In this document: positions 9,539-20,450 of the stretch, piece after piece
Numbering within the stretch: the stretch's first letter is position 1
Layout: every line of letters starts with the position of its first letter
NCBI GenBank assembly: GCA_016207245.1
Contig: JACQQA010000008.1
Location: 1-58,551, forward strand
Direction: 5' to 3'
From: Candidatus Magasanikiibacteriota bacterium
GTDB taxonomy: Bacteria; Patescibacteriota; Patescibacteriia; Magasanikbacterales; UBA922
Length of the DNA: 58,551 nt
Position numbers and translations under genes: made by a program
Notes under the pieces: model-generated
The model's input: only the letters and a program-made list of their open reading frames with translations
Told to the model about the DNA's origin: nothing
The model's database searches: none

Positions 9539-12500
9539 TCCAACTGATTCCCGCGTTATTCAGAACGTCCATTTGGGGCAGGAAAATACCGTTGATTTTA
9601 AATATGACATTGAAAACGGCTTGCACTTCAAGCGCGTGTTCAGCCAGGACGGCCAAGACCCGTTTGATTCAGTTGAATATGAACGGCGTTCGTCAGTCAT
9701 CCGCGAGCCGGACGGCACCGTGGTATTTGAAATGAAAGATATTGAAATTCCCAAAGACTGGTCGCAAGTGGCAACCGACATTTTGGCGCAAAAATATTTT
9801 CGTAAAACCGGCGTGCCGCAATATTATAAAGACGGAACGTCAAAACTTAATTCCGACGGAAAACCAATCCTCGGTCCGGAGACTAGCGCCAAGCAAATCA
9901 TTCATCGTTTGGCCGGAACCTGGCGCTATTGGGCGGAAAAATACGGCTACTTTGCTTCGCCGCAGGATGCGCAGATTTTTTACGATGAGTTGGCGGTTAT
10001 GTTGTTAAAACAAATGGCCGCGCCAAACTCGCCGCAATGGTTTAATACCGGATTGTTTTGGGCATATGGCATCAATGGTCCGGCTCAGGGACATTATTTT
10101 GTTGATCCGGATACCGGCGTGATGACGCGCGCAGTTGATTCTCATACGCATGCGCAAGCACATGCTTGTTTTATCCAATCAATCAAAGATGATCTGGTCA
10201 ATGAAGGCGGGATTATGGATTTGTGGGTGCGCGAGGCTCGTTTATTTAAGTATGGTTCTGGCACGGGCACAAATTTTTCTTCTTTGCGCGGCAAGAACGA
10301 AGCATTATCCGGCGGCGGCAAGTCCAGCGGATTGATGAGCTGGCTCAAAATCGGCGATCGCGCGGCCGGAGCCATAAAATCCGGCGGAACCACCCGGCGA
10401 GCGGCAAAAATGGTGGTCCTGGACGCGGACCATCCGGATATTGAAGAGTTTACCAATTGGAAAGTAAATGAAGAAAAAAAGGTGGCGATTTTAATCGCCG
10501 CGGGGTATCCTTCCGACTACGAGGGCGAAGCGTACCAAACTGTGTCCGGACAAAACTCCAACAATTCCGTGCGGATTCCGCATCGGTTCATGGAAGCGGT
10601 TAAAAATGACGGTTCGTGGAATTTAACTTGGCGGACTGACGGCAGTGTGGCCAAGACGATTAAAGCCCGCTCATTATGGGATCAAATTTCCAATGCCGCG
10701 TGGTCATGCGCCGATCCCGGCGTTCAATATGATGGCACGATTAACGAGTGGCATACTTGCCCGCAGTCAGGCCGGATTAACGCTTCCAATCCATGCAGTG
10801 AATACATGTTTATTGATGACACCGCGTGCAATTTGGCGTCAATTAATTTGCTTAGATTTTATGATATTGAAAAACGATATTTTAAAGTCGCTGAATTTAA
10901 GCACGCGGCGCGTATTTTGACTTTGGTTTTGGAAACCAGTGTTTTAATGGCCCAATTTCCGAGCAAGGAAATCGCTCAAGGCAGTTATGATTTTCGCACT
11001 TTGGGTTTAGGCTACGCTAATTTGGGTTCAGTATTGATGATGGCTGGCGTGCCTTATGAATCAGAAGATGCCCACGCTTTCGCCGCCTGTGTCACTTCCA
11101 TCATGACCGCGAAGGCCTACAAGACCAGCGCGGAAATGGCCAAAATTTTGGGGCCGTTTCCAAAATTTGAATACAATCGCGATGAGATGCTACGGGTGAT
11201 AAGAAATCATCGCCGCGCGGCTTTCAACGCGGAAAAAGATGAATATGAAAAATTAACCATCACGCCAAAAGGCATTGACCCGCAATACGCGCCGGCATAT
11301 TTATTGGCCGCGGCCAGAGAAAGCTGGAATGACGCGCTGATGATGGGCGAGCGCTATGGCTATCGCAATGCCCAGACCACTTGTTTGGCGCCGACCGGCA
11401 CTATCGGCTTGCTGATGGACTGTTCCACGACCGGAGTTGAGCCGGATTTTGCTTTGGTGAAATTCAAGAAATTGGCCGGTGGCGGCTATTTCCGCATTGC
11501 CAACGAGGCGATACCGCTGGCTTTGAAAAATTTGGGATACGTGGAAAAAGAAGTTGAAGATATTTTGAATTATGTTAAAGGCACGGCCAAAATTGATGAC
11601 GCTCCGCGGATAAATAAAAAAACGTTGCAAACAAAGGGGTTCAATGAGCAAGATATTGATAGTGTAAACAAAGCTTTGGCTGGCGCGTTTGACATTAAAT
11701 TTGTTTTTAATGTTTGGACATTGGGAGAAGATTGCATGAAGCGGGCGGGATTTTTGGCGGCGCAATATAATGATCCGAATTTTAACATGTTGCGCGCGTT
11801 GGGCTTTGCTGACGAAGAAATTGAGGCGGCCAATGAATTTGTTTGCGGCACGATGACGATTGAGGGCGCGCCGCATTTAAAATTGGAACACTATATGGTG
11901 TTTGATACTGCCAATCGCAACGGCAAAAAAGGCAGGCGGTTTATTCCATATATGGGCCACATCAAAATGATGGCCGCGACCCAGCCATTTTTGTCCGGCG
12001 CGATTTCCAAAACTATTAACATGTCAAATGAGGCGACGGTTGACGACGTAAAATACGCTTACGACCAGTCGTGGCAAATGGGTTTGAAAGCAGTCGCGCT
12101 TTATCGCGATGGGTGTAAATTAAGCCAGCCATTGTCCACAACCTCAAAAAATAATGACAAACGGGTTGATTTAGTTAAAGAAGAATTGGTTAAAGAAAAG
12201 ATTGTCATTCCGCAGGCGTTGATTAAAGAAGAAGAAATTAAAGAAATAGTAAAGATGGTTCCGTCCGATGATTTGGATGAAGCTTTACAGCAGGCAAGCG
12301 AGATTTTGAGCCAGCATGTCAGTTTGTCAGGCGTTCAAACCCCGACAGTGTCATATCACCGCGACGGCCAAGTGGCGGAACGGCGGGTATATTTGCATGG
12401 CGAAAAGAGGCGGTTGCCGGCCAAGCGGAGCGGCATTACTATCTCCGCCACGATCGGCGGTAAATCACAGATTTGGTTGAGAACCGGCGAGTATCCGGAC

Positions 12501-13064
12501 GGAAAATTGGCCGAGATTTTTATTGATATGTATAAAGAGGGTTCGGCTTTCAGCAGTATGTTGAATATGTTCGCGATCAATGTTTCCATGGGCTTGCAAT
12601 ACGGCGTGCCGCTGGAAAAATACGTGGAGAATTTTACTTTTACCCGTTTTGAACCGTCGGGAATGACCGACCACCCGAATATTAAAATGTGCACTTCGGT
12701 AATTGATTTTGTGTTTAGAGTTTTGGGAATGGAATATTTGGGCCGGATGGATTTTGTTCAAGTGCCGACTCAGGGAATACAAAAAAATAAGTTTGAAAAT
12801 TTAGCCAAGCTCGCGCGCGCGGGTGTTCTGCAAGAAACAATCGATTTTGATCGTCCGCAGACAGAGGTTGGCGGTATTAATAATACAACCGAAGAAGTTC
12901 AAGCCACTCTGCCTAACATCGGCGCGCCAAAAGACAGCATGAGCCAATCGCTCGGCAAGATGATGGGCGACGCGCCGGCCTGTCCGACTTGCGGGCATAT
13001 TACAGTCAGGAACGGCAGCTGCTATAAGTGTTTGAATTGCGGGGACTCGCTCGGGTGTTCATAG
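9534..13064 (+). CDS. nrdJ: Class II adenosylcobalamin-dependent ribonucleotide reductase
   Basis: PNSPQWFN, HACFI, SNPCSEY, APTGTI, ISKTIN; C-terminal TSCPD-like domain and CxxC..CxxC. Confidence 0.96.
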   Translation: MGPTDSRVIQNVHLGQENTVDFKYDIENGLHFKRVFSQDGQDPFDSVEYERRSSVIREPDGTVVFEMKDIEIPKDWSQVATDILAQKYFRKTGVPQYYKDGTSKLNSDGKPILGPETSAKQIIHRLAGTWRYWAEKYGYFASPQDAQIFYDELAVMLLKQMAAPNSPQWFNTGLFWAYGINGPAQGHYFVDPDTGVMTRAVDSHTHAQAHACFIQSIKDDLVNEGGIMDLWVREARLFKYGSGTGTNFSSLRGKNEALSGGGKSSGLMSWLKIGDRAAGAIKSGGTTRRAAKMVVLDADHPDIEEFTNWKVNEEKKVAILIAAGYPSDYEGEAYQTVSGQNSNNSVRIPHRFMEAVKNDGSWNLTWRTDGSVAKTIKARSLWDQISNAAWSCADPGVQYDGTINEWHTCPQSGRINASNPCSEYMFIDDTACNLASINLLRFYDIEKRYFKVAEFKHAARILTLVLETSVLMAQFPSKEIAQGSYDFRTLGLGYANLGSVLMMAGVPYESEDAHAFAACVTSIMTAKAYKTSAEMAKILGPFPKFEYNRDEMLRVIRNHRRAAFNAEKDEYEKLTITPKGIDPQYAPAYLLAAARESWNDALMMGERYGYRNAQTTCLAPTGTIGLLMDCSTTGVEPDFALVKFKKLAGGGYFRIANEAIPLALKNLGYVEKEVEDILNYVKGTAKIDDAPRINKKTLQTKGFNEQDIDSVNKALAGAFDIKFVFNVWTLGEDCMKRAGFLAAQYNDPNFNMLRALGFADEEIEAANEFVCGTMTIEGAPHLKLEHYMVFDTANRNGKKGRRFIPYMGHIKMMAATQPFLSGAISKTINMSNEATVDDVKYAYDQSWQMGLKAVALYRDGCKLSQPLSTTSKNNDKRVDLVKEELVKEKIVIPQALIKEEEIKEIVKMVPSDDLDEALQQASEILSQHVSLSGVQTPTVSYHRDGQVAERRVYLHGEKRRLPAKRSGITISATIGGKSQIWLRTGEYPDGKLAEIFIDMYKEGSAFSSMLNMFAINVSMGLQYGVPLEKYVENFTFTRFEPSGMTDHPNIKMCTSVIDFVFRVLGMEYLGRMDFVQVPTQGIQKNKFENLAKLARAGVLQETIDFDRPQTEVGGINNTTEEVQATLPNIGAPKDSMSQSLGKMMGDAPACPTCGHITVRNGSCYKCLNCGDSLGCS

Positions 13065-13077
13065 GCGATTCTGCGTT

Positions 13078-13674
13078 ATGCCAAAAATCTACACCAAAAC
13101 CGGCGACAAGGGGGAGACATCGCTGTTGGGCGGGAAAAGGGTGAAAAAGTGTTGCTTGGAAATGGAAGCGATTGGCGAGGTTGATGAGCTGAACTCTTTG
13201 CTCGGGATGTTGATTGAAGAAATAATTGAAGATTTTCCCCGCGGAGCGAAACAATTGTTTGATGTTCAGCGACAACTTTTTGTTGTTGGTGCTCGTTTGG
13301 CAGGCGTGCAGATGTCAAAATCCAGTCGCACACCCTTCGGCTTGGTTCGACTCCGCTCACCACTGGTCGCTCAGGGCAAGCTTACAAGCTTGGAAAAATG
13401 GATTGACGCGATGGAAAAAGATTTGCCTCAGCTGAAAAATTTTATTATCCCCGGCGGATGCGAGGAAGCGGCCCTGTGTTTTTACATTCGCGCCGTCTGC
13501 CGCCGCGCGGAAAGACGAGTGATTGGGCTGGCAGAAAGTTATTCGGTTGATCCGGTGATAAAGCAATATCTTAATCGTTTGAGCGACTTGTTGTTTGTGT
13601 TGGGGAGATGGTTTAACAAAAAAACTACTCCTTTATCTCCGGAAACGTGTATCTTAACACCGCGCGATAAATAG
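13078..13674 (+). CDS. pduO: PduO-type ATP:cob(I)alamin adenosyltransferase (in-frame palindrome insertion)
   Basis: KIYTKTGDKGET, GEVDELNS, RAVCRRAER, YLNRLSD. Confidence 0.93.
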   Translation: MPKIYTKTGDKGETSLLGGKRVKKCCLEMEAIGEVDELNSLLGMLIEEIIEDFPRGAKQLFDVQRQLFVVGARLAGVQMSKSSRTPFGLVRLRSPLVAQGKLTSLEKWIDAMEKDLPQLKNFIIPGGCEEAALCFYIRAVCRRAERRVIGLAESYSVDPVIKQYLNRLSDLLFVLGRWFNKKTTPLSPETCILTPRDK

Positions 13675-14083
13675 TCCCGCGCGAGACCATGCCGACGACT
13701 TTTCCATTCTCCACCACCGGCACGCGGTGGATGCCGGAAGCGATCATCAGTCCGCCGACTTTTAGCACGTGAGTGTTTGGCGTGGTGGTAACAACGCGGC
13801 GAGACATAATTTGATCGATTGTTTTTTCTTTGGCGTCTTGAGCTGTCTCTTCCAGCTCTTTTTCATTTAGAAACGGCGTTGGATTCTGATAAAAACTCTG
13901 ATAACTCGGATAAAGAGCGCGGAACAAATCTTTTTCAGACAACACCCCGGCGAGATTGCCGGCTGAATCCAAAACTGGCGCGCCGCTGATTTTGTTTTGC
14001 AAAAATAACTCCGCGGCCTCCAAAAAGTTCATGTCGTTTTTTAGACAGACGACATCGGTGTACATTACGTCTTTGACTAGCAT
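13625..14083 (-). CDS. CBS-domain pair protein
   Basis: VKDVM, ISGAPV, IHRVPVV. Confidence 0.9.
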   Translation of the reverse strand: MLVKDVMYTDVVCLKNDMNFLEAAELFLQNKISGAPVLDSAGNLAGVLSEKDLFRALYPSYQSFYQNPTPFLNEKELEETAQDAKEKTIDQIMSRRVVTTTPNTHVLKVGGLMIASGIHRVPVVENGKVVGMVSRGTIYRAVLRYTFPEIKE

Positions 14084-14249
14084 AGGATTGGATATTAAAT
14101 ATTAGATATTTTGATATTGAGATTATGCTTGTATTATAACACTGCTTGGTTTGGTGGCAAGAGGGCGTGTCAGACAGCGCCTCTTGATTTTTTAAAAGAC
14201 GATGATATAATTGTTTTACAAAGATGATATATTTGTTTTACAAAATCGA

Positions 14250-14335
14250 GCCCGAGTGGTGAAATGGTATACACGCGACACTTAAAATGTCGTGGCCGCA
14301 AGGCCATGTGGGTTCGAGTCCCACCTTGGGCACCA
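14250..14335 (+). tRNA. tRNA-Leu (UAA)
   Basis: Cloverleaf with long variable arm, anticodon TAA, CCA. Confidence 0.95.
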
Positions 14336-14349
14336 ATTTTTCTTAAAAT

Positions 14350-14781
14350 ATGGACACTGAAGACAAAAATAAAAAATATAACGAGCTGATGGCTCGCTTG
14401 GGAGGGGAATCCGCGAAAAGAACGGCGGAGCAAGAACCATGGAGAGATGCCAAGCCAAACAGTTTGGTTGGTTGGTATTTGGGGCCTTGCGTGAGATATA
14501 TTTTAGAGGGAAAAGTTACGGAAGCACAGGTGCGGAAGATTTTTATCTCCCAATTCCGCTCCGAGGATGATGAAGTAGAACTGGCGCAATTAATTGATGA
14601 ATGCCGAAGGAAATATTGGTTGCAAGACCCGGCGGAAGGAGAGGCGATAGCGAGAAGACTTTGGGGCGCAAAAAAGATAGTAAAATCTGATGAAGAGCCG
14701 GGGAGCGGTTTTATCAAGGATTGGGTGAACATGGGGGACAATGTCTCGGCTAAAATTGTCAAAGAAACCATAATAAACTGA
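14350..14781 (+). CDS. Hypothetical protein
   Basis: ATG ORF directly after tRNA-Leu; no recognised motif. Confidence 0.65.
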   Translation: MDTEDKNKKYNELMARLGGESAKRTAEQEPWRDAKPNSLVGWYLGPCVRYILEGKVTEAQVRKIFISQFRSEDDEVELAQLIDECRRKYWLQDPAEGEAIARRLWGAKKIVKSDEEPGSGFIKDWVNMGDNVSAKIVKETIIN

Positions 14782-14846
14782 AAATGATTTTGCAAATTTT
14801 TTACAATAATGTTAAAATATTAAAAAGATTTTTTAATTAAGGGGGT

Positions 14847-17800
14847 ATGACAATTAAAATGTTTACCCGCCATGCTTTCCGACTAAATCGGAATGCGGGC
14901 GGGCATGTCAAATTATTTCTCACGATTTTTTCAGTGGGAATTTTTTTATTTTTAACTCCGGTCAAAGCCGCCGGCAGTGTAATTATAAATGAAATTTGTC
15001 CGACCGGCTGCGCGATGAGCGGTTATCAGTGGATTGAAATATATAATAACAGCGCTTCGGCGGCGGATTTAACCGGTTGGAAGTTTTGGGAAGGCGAAAC
15101 AAATCACGGTTTGGAATTGTCCGCTTCATCCACCCAACAAGATTATTTAATCGGCGCGGGCGAATACGCGGTAATAACGCAAAACGACGGGAATTTTTTT
15201 ATTGAACATCCGGCTGTCGCAGTTACCGTGTTTGACAGCTCATGGGGCACGTTAAATAAGGGCGGTGAAATGATTGGGTTGAAAGATGTTAGCGGAAATT
15301 TAGTTGAAGAGTTTAGTTACGCGGCGGTGGTTGATAATTCGTTAGAAAAAAAGAACCCATCGGTTGCCGCGAGCGAGGTCGGTAATTGGGCTGAGCATCC
15401 GAACTCGGATACGGCCGGTGTTCAAAATTATTGGTATCAGATCTTGCCGCAGATAGACGACGTCACAGATACCGCAGATAGCGACAGCCCGTCTGGTACA
15501 GATGCTGTTGCCGTCACCACAACCTACAGCGTGATTGGGAATTTCTCCAGCCTTGTTATAAACGAAGTAGTAAGCGATCCGGCATCCGGCGGAAAAGAAT
15601 GGATTGAATTATATAATTTTTCCACCTCAACGATTGATTTGGCCGGCTGGAAACTGTTTGACAATGTCGGCCAGATCGCGGCGCCGACTAACACCATTGC
15701 GGCGAGCGGATTTTTTGTGATTGAATTATCCAGCAGTAAATTAAATAACGATGGCGATATAATTATTTTAAAAAATACCGCGGATCAAATTGTTGATCAA
15801 GTCGCTTATGGCGTTTATGATGATGGAAACATCGCGGATAACGCGCCGGCAGTTTCTGATCCGCATTCAATTGTCCGTTCCGCTTCGAGCGGAGATACTG
15901 GCAATGACGCGAGCGATTGGTTTGAAACCACGACTTTGACAAAAAACGCTGTTAATCAAATCACTGCGCCGGTTCAGCCGGTTCAATCAGGCAGTTCGGC
16001 GGATTCGGCAAGCTCACCGCAGACAAGCTTAGGGCAGGGCGGAGGCGGGTCATCTGCTCCGCAGAATCAATCGGTTTCTTATCAGGCCGGCTTAGTGGTG
16101 ATAAACGAAATCGTATCAGACCCGACGGATGATTTTGATGAATTTATTGAGCTTTTTAATAATTCTAACGCGGTAATTGATTTGCGCCAATGGTGGCTGG
16201 AAGACGGCAGTGAGGCGCGGACGAATTTAGACGGCCAAATTTTACCGCATGGATTTTTTGTCGTTAATAATCCGGCGGGGAATTTAAATAATTCCGGCGA
16301 TATTATTTTTTTGTTTGACCCGAGCGGGAAAACCATTGACCAGCTTACTTATGGCGGTTGGAATGACGGCAGTTTAAACGACAACGCGCCGGCGGCCGAA
16401 GACCCGCTGTCTTTGGTAAGAAAAATTGACGGCCGCGACACGGATAATAATTATTATGACTTCGCGCTTACCGGACAAATTACCAGAGGCAGTGGAAATA
16501 AAATCGTCAGCCTAAATCCACAAGGAGAAAAAATTTCGGAGACGACAATAATTTCCTCGCCGATTATTCTCAACGAAGTTTTTCCCAATCCCAAAGGTTC
16601 GGATACAGCCGAGGAATTTATTGAATTGCGTAATTTAGGAGACAACCAAATTAATTTGAGCGGCTGGCAATTGGGCGATTCCAGTGAGAAAAAATACAAA
16701 ATTAATCAGGGGACCATCCCAGCCAAGGGCTATATCGCGTTCAAACGGGAATTAACCGGCATCGCTTTGAATAATTCCGGACAAGAAGAAATAAAATTAT
16801 ATAATCAAACCGGCGCGTTGGTTGATAAAATAAAATATGAAGGCGTCGCGGCGGAAGATCAGAGTTACGCGCGGCGCGAGGACGGTGTTTGGAAATGGAC
16901 GATTAAAACCACGATCGGCAAAGAAAATATTATTGAAGGCAAAAGCGCGGCGCCGGCGATTGTTTTGGAATTTAGTTCCGAAGCCTCATTAAACGAGGAA
17001 ATAATTTTTGACGCGTCCGATACCACTGATCCTGATGGAGACGCGATTAAATTCAGTTGGGATTTTGGCGACAGCCCTTCGACTCTCCTTCAACAAGCTC
17101 AGGATCGCTCAGGGCAAGCGGGCGATACGATTAAACACATATATAACAAAATTGGCGAGTATTCGGTGAGATTAACAGTCACTGACTCAGCTGGCAACAC
17201 GGCGGAGAAAATAGTGAAGGTGTCTGTGTTGGGAGATTATGTTGGTGGTTGGTTGGATTTGGCCGGGCAGATTTTAATATCTGAAATTTTACCTAACCCG
17301 GTTGGTTCGGATTCGGCCGAGTTTATTGAATTATATAATCCAGCCGACACGGCAGTTGATTTATCAGATTATAAAATAGACGATGAGGATGGCGGTTCGC
17401 GGCCTTATGTTTTTCCGGAAGGAACAATTATTGAGCCGAGGAGTTTTTTGCTGTTAGAGAGGAATAAGACTGGTTTAGCTTTAAATAATTCAAACGACGC
17501 GGTTAGGATTTTAGATCAAGATAATAATATTGTTGTTGAGATTGAATATGATAACGCGGCGGAAGGGGCGAGTTACATATATGATGTTGAAAGCGGAGAT
17601 TGGGTCTGGACAACGGAGATTACGCCCGGGACTGACAATATAATAAACATGCGAAACTCCGAAAGCACTGCGAAAATGCGAACAGCGGAAGACGCGAGTG
17701 TGGCGATTGGCGCGATGAAGAAAGAGAAAAAAGTGATTGATGTCGCGTTGGATAAAATTAGGGACAATGATGTTGGCGACCGAGTTAAATTTACCGGAAT

Positions 17801-18503
17801 CATTGCGGTTCGGCCCGGAGTTTTGAGTTCGCAGTATTTTTACGCGATTAGCGATGACGGCGCGCCCGGCATACAGGTTTATATGAACAAAAAAGATTTT
17901 CCGCTGTTGGCGGTTGGCGATTTAGTTGAAGTCTCAGGTGAAATATCAGCAGCGTATGGCGAGACGCGGATAAAAACCAGCGTCCGCGATGATATTAAAT
18001 TATTAAAACAAGATAACCCGCCACTGCCGCGGGAAGTAGAGATTGCCGGTATCAGTGAAGAGTTTGAAGGCGGGCTAATTAAAGTTAAAGGCGAAATTAC
18101 CGAGTTAAAATCATCGTATATGTATGTCGATGACGGCACTGAAGAATTGAAAGTCTATTTTAAAAAAGGCGCCGGGATTGATAAGAGTGTGTTGCGGGTC
18201 GGCGATACGGTTGAAGCAGTCGGTTTGCTTGGTTCAACTCGCGCCGGCTATCAATTATTACCACGCGAACAAAATGATATAGATGTAGTCAGCGTGTTGA
18301 CGGAAGATAAAGGAGAGATGTTGTCGGCAGGAACCGGCGGTCCGGACAATATGGCGGAAACATATTTAACTGTCACCGCCGGCGGACTGACTTCAATTTT
18401 AATTGGCTTGTTTGCCAGAGCGAGAGGCGCGATGGCGTTTGGGTTGTTGAAGAGAGTTGGAAAAATTGCCTTGACTGTCATTAAGCGCGTGCCGAGGGTT
18501 TAG
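14847..18503 (+). CDS. Surface protein with five lamin-tail domains, PKD domain, OB folds and C-terminal anchor
   Basis: Repeated INE..P....EWIELYN motif; FDASDTTDPDGD..WDFGD PKD; OB-like VGDLVEVSG. Confidence 0.87.
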   Translation: MTIKMFTRHAFRLNRNAGGHVKLFLTIFSVGIFLFLTPVKAAGSVIINEICPTGCAMSGYQWIEIYNNSASAADLTGWKFWEGETNHGLELSASSTQQDYLIGAGEYAVITQNDGNFFIEHPAVAVTVFDSSWGTLNKGGEMIGLKDVSGNLVEEFSYAAVVDNSLEKKNPSVAASEVGNWAEHPNSDTAGVQNYWYQILPQIDDVTDTADSDSPSGTDAVAVTTTYSVIGNFSSLVINEVVSDPASGGKEWIELYNFSTSTIDLAGWKLFDNVGQIAAPTNTIAASGFFVIELSSSKLNNDGDIIILKNTADQIVDQVAYGVYDDGNIADNAPAVSDPHSIVRSASSGDTGNDASDWFETTTLTKNAVNQITAPVQPVQSGSSADSASSPQTSLGQGGGGSSAPQNQSVSYQAGLVVINEIVSDPTDDFDEFIELFNNSNAVIDLRQWWLEDGSEARTNLDGQILPHGFFVVNNPAGNLNNSGDIIFLFDPSGKTIDQLTYGGWNDGSLNDNAPAAEDPLSLVRKIDGRDTDNNYYDFALTGQITRGSGNKIVSLNPQGEKISETTIISSPIILNEVFPNPKGSDTAEEFIELRNLGDNQINLSGWQLGDSSEKKYKINQGTIPAKGYIAFKRELTGIALNNSGQEEIKLYNQTGALVDKIKYEGVAAEDQSYARREDGVWKWTIKTTIGKENIIEGKSAAPAIVLEFSSEASLNEEIIFDASDTTDPDGDAIKFSWDFGDSPSTLLQQAQDRSGQAGDTIKHIYNKIGEYSVRLTVTDSAGNTAEKIVKVSVLGDYVGGWLDLAGQILISEILPNPVGSDSAEFIELYNPADTAVDLSDYKIDDEDGGSRPYVFPEGTIIEPRSFLLLERNKTGLALNNSNDAVRILDQDNNIVVEIEYDNAAEGASYIYDVESGDWVWTTEITPGTDNIINMRNSESTAKMRTAEDASVAIGAMKKEKKVIDVALDKIRDNDVGDRVKFTGIIAVRPGVLSSQYFYAISDDGAPGIQVYMNKKDFPLLAVGDLVEVSGEISAAYGETRIKTSVRDDIKLLKQDNPPLPREVEIAGISEEFEGGLIKVKGEITELKSSYMYVDDGTEELKVYFKKGAGIDKSVLRVGDTVEAVGLLGSTRAGYQLLPREQNDIDVVSVLTEDKGEMLSAGTGGPDNMAETYLTVTAGGLTSILIGLFARARGAMAFGLLKRVGKIALTVIKRVPRV

Positions 18504-18633
18504 AAAAAATGTTGGAAATGGTATAATGTAAATGAGTTTGTAAGTGGGTAAGTAAATAAGTGTGTAAGTGAGGAATTGTTATATTGAAAATTAATAATGT
18601 ATTCTGTTATCTGCATTCTGCATCTTGCAAAGT

Positions 18634-20328
18634 ATGGCTGAAAACATTTTTTTCCAAATCAGCATTATTTTTGGCATTACCGTAAGCATCGCTTTGGTGA
18701 TGCGGCTTTTGCGCCAGCCGTTGATTGTGGCTTACATTATCGCCGGGTTGGCGGCCGGGCCGTTGTTTTTGAATTTGGTAAACGACAGCGCCGCGTTTTT
18801 TTCCACTTTCGCGCAATTTGGGATAGTGCTTTTGTTGTTTGTGGTTGGATTAAATTTGAATTTTGATTTTATCAAACGGATGGGCAGAGCGGTGGCGCTT
18901 GCGACATTGTGGCAGTTTGTTTTAACGGTAATTTTGGGATTTGTTCTAATGTATTTGCTGAATTTCAGCGCGGTTTCTTCCGTTTTTCTCTCGGTCGCGC
19001 TTTCTTTTTCCAGCACGATTATTGTCACAAAATTACTAGGCGAGAAAAAAGACCTGGAAGCGGTTTATGGCCGATTTATCGTCGGCGTGCTGTTGGTTCA
19101 AGACATTATCGCGGTTATTGCCTTGATATTTTTAAACACCTGGCATGCCGGCAACGAGCCATGGTACAGGATTTTGGCAGTTACCGGCGGCAAAGGCGTT
19201 TTACTGGTCGGTCTAGTGTTTTTGTTGGCTCGTTACGCGTTACCAAAACTAATGGACAGAGTGGCGAAGAGCGGCGAGTTATTATTTGTTTTCACTGTGG
19301 CGTGGTGTTTTGGCGTGGCCAGTTTAGTTTACTGGGCGGGATTTAATATTGAAATCGGCGCGATTATCGCCGGTATCTCTTTGGGCGCTTCGCCGTACCA
19401 GCCGGAAATCAGCAGCCGCATGCGTCCGTTGCGGGATTTTTTTATTGTTTTGTTTTTTATCGTCTTGGGCAGCGAGCTGCAGGTGGGAGAAGTGAGAGAG
19501 GCGATTGGGCCGGCCATGGCCTTGTCCCTGTTTGTGATTTTGGTTGATCCGATTGTTTTATTTTGGGCAATGCGTTCGCTTAAATACACGCGCCGCAGTT
19601 CATTATTGGCCGGCATCACTTCCGCGCAAGTCAGCGAGTTTGGTTTTATTTTGGTTTTTACCGGCATACAGCTCGGCTATTTGCAAGGATCGGAGCTGGC
19701 GGTTTTAACACTGACGGCTTTAATCACAATTATTGTTTCGTCTTATCTCATCACTTACAATGAACAGATTTATTTAAAATTTTTACCCCTATTTAATAAA
19801 TTTGGACGGGATTCGGCTTACAAAGAAGATGATAACAAAAAAATTTATGATGTCTGGGTGTTTGGCTATCATCGTTTGGGCTGGCAAGTGTGCGAAGCGC
19901 TGGCCGCGAAAAAAGCCAAGTTCGCGGTGATTGATTATAACCCAACGGCGATTGCCAAATTAAAACGGCGCGGCATCCCGGCATTTTTCGGCGATGCGGC
20001 CGATGTGGAATTTTTGTCCGAATTATCTTTGGAAAAATCCAAACTGATTATCTCCACGATTCCCGAAGCCGATGACCAGAAAGCGATGATTAACCATGTC
20101 AGAAAATTGAGCGGCAAACCGATTATTATCGCCAATTTATTCCATAATTTTCATCTGGAAGATTTATACGAAGCCGGCGCGAACTACGTGATGATGCCGC
20201 ATCTTTTGGGCGGGCAATGGATGTCGGAAGTCCTGCGCCATCACGCCTGGACGCCAAACACTTTTAAAGAATTGCGTCAGAAACAACATGAAGAGCTGAA
20301 GTTAAGATACACGGCAGAAGTTCATTAA
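18634..20328 (+). CDS. Kef-type cation:proton antiporter with TrkA-N domain
   Basis: SFSSTII, QDIIAV, QVSEF, GYHRLG, FGDA. Confidence 0.92.
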   Translation: MAENIFFQISIIFGITVSIALVMRLLRQPLIVAYIIAGLAAGPLFLNLVNDSAAFFSTFAQFGIVLLLFVVGLNLNFDFIKRMGRAVALATLWQFVLTVILGFVLMYLLNFSAVSSVFLSVALSFSSTIIVTKLLGEKKDLEAVYGRFIVGVLLVQDIIAVIALIFLNTWHAGNEPWYRILAVTGGKGVLLVGLVFLLARYALPKLMDRVAKSGELLFVFTVAWCFGVASLVYWAGFNIEIGAIIAGISLGASPYQPEISSRMRPLRDFFIVLFFIVLGSELQVGEVREAIGPAMALSLFVILVDPIVLFWAMRSLKYTRRSSLLAGITSAQVSEFGFILVFTGIQLGYLQGSELAVLTLTALITIIVSSYLITYNEQIYLKFLPLFNKFGRDSAYKEDDNKKIYDVWVFGYHRLGWQVCEALAAKKAKFAVIDYNPTAIAKLKRRGIPAFFGDAADVEFLSELSLEKSKLIISTIPEADDQKAMINHVRKLSGKPIIIANLFHNFHLEDLYEAGANYVMMPHLLGGQWMSEVLRHHAWTPNTFKELRQKQHEELKLRYTAEVH

Positions 20329-20374
20329 AGAGTTGACAATTTGGCGTTGGCGGCATAAAATGGCGATTGATTGC

Positions 20375-20449
20375 GCGGGTATAATATAACGGCTATTATG
20401 TGAGTTTTCCAAACTCAATACGCGGGTTCGACTCCCGCTACCCGCTCCA
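20375..20449 (+). tRNA. tRNA-Gly (UCC)
   Basis: GCGGGTA/TACCCGC acceptor, anticodon TCC, CCA. Confidence 0.92.
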
Positions 20450-20450
20450 A

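Noticed and set aside
9534-13064. Intein or intron in nrdJ
   Set aside because: The ORF is continuous, and I saw no intein splice motifs or LAGLIDADG blocks.
13625-13674. 50-nt convergent overlap of pduO and the CBS gene
   Set aside because: Most simply stop-codon drift in a compact genome; nothing supports a function.
20400-20450. N-terminal extensions of rlmN, rpsO, rpsB and DUF1294 in the ORF track
   Set aside because: They translate tRNA, leader or palindrome sequence; downstream ATGs fit the families better.
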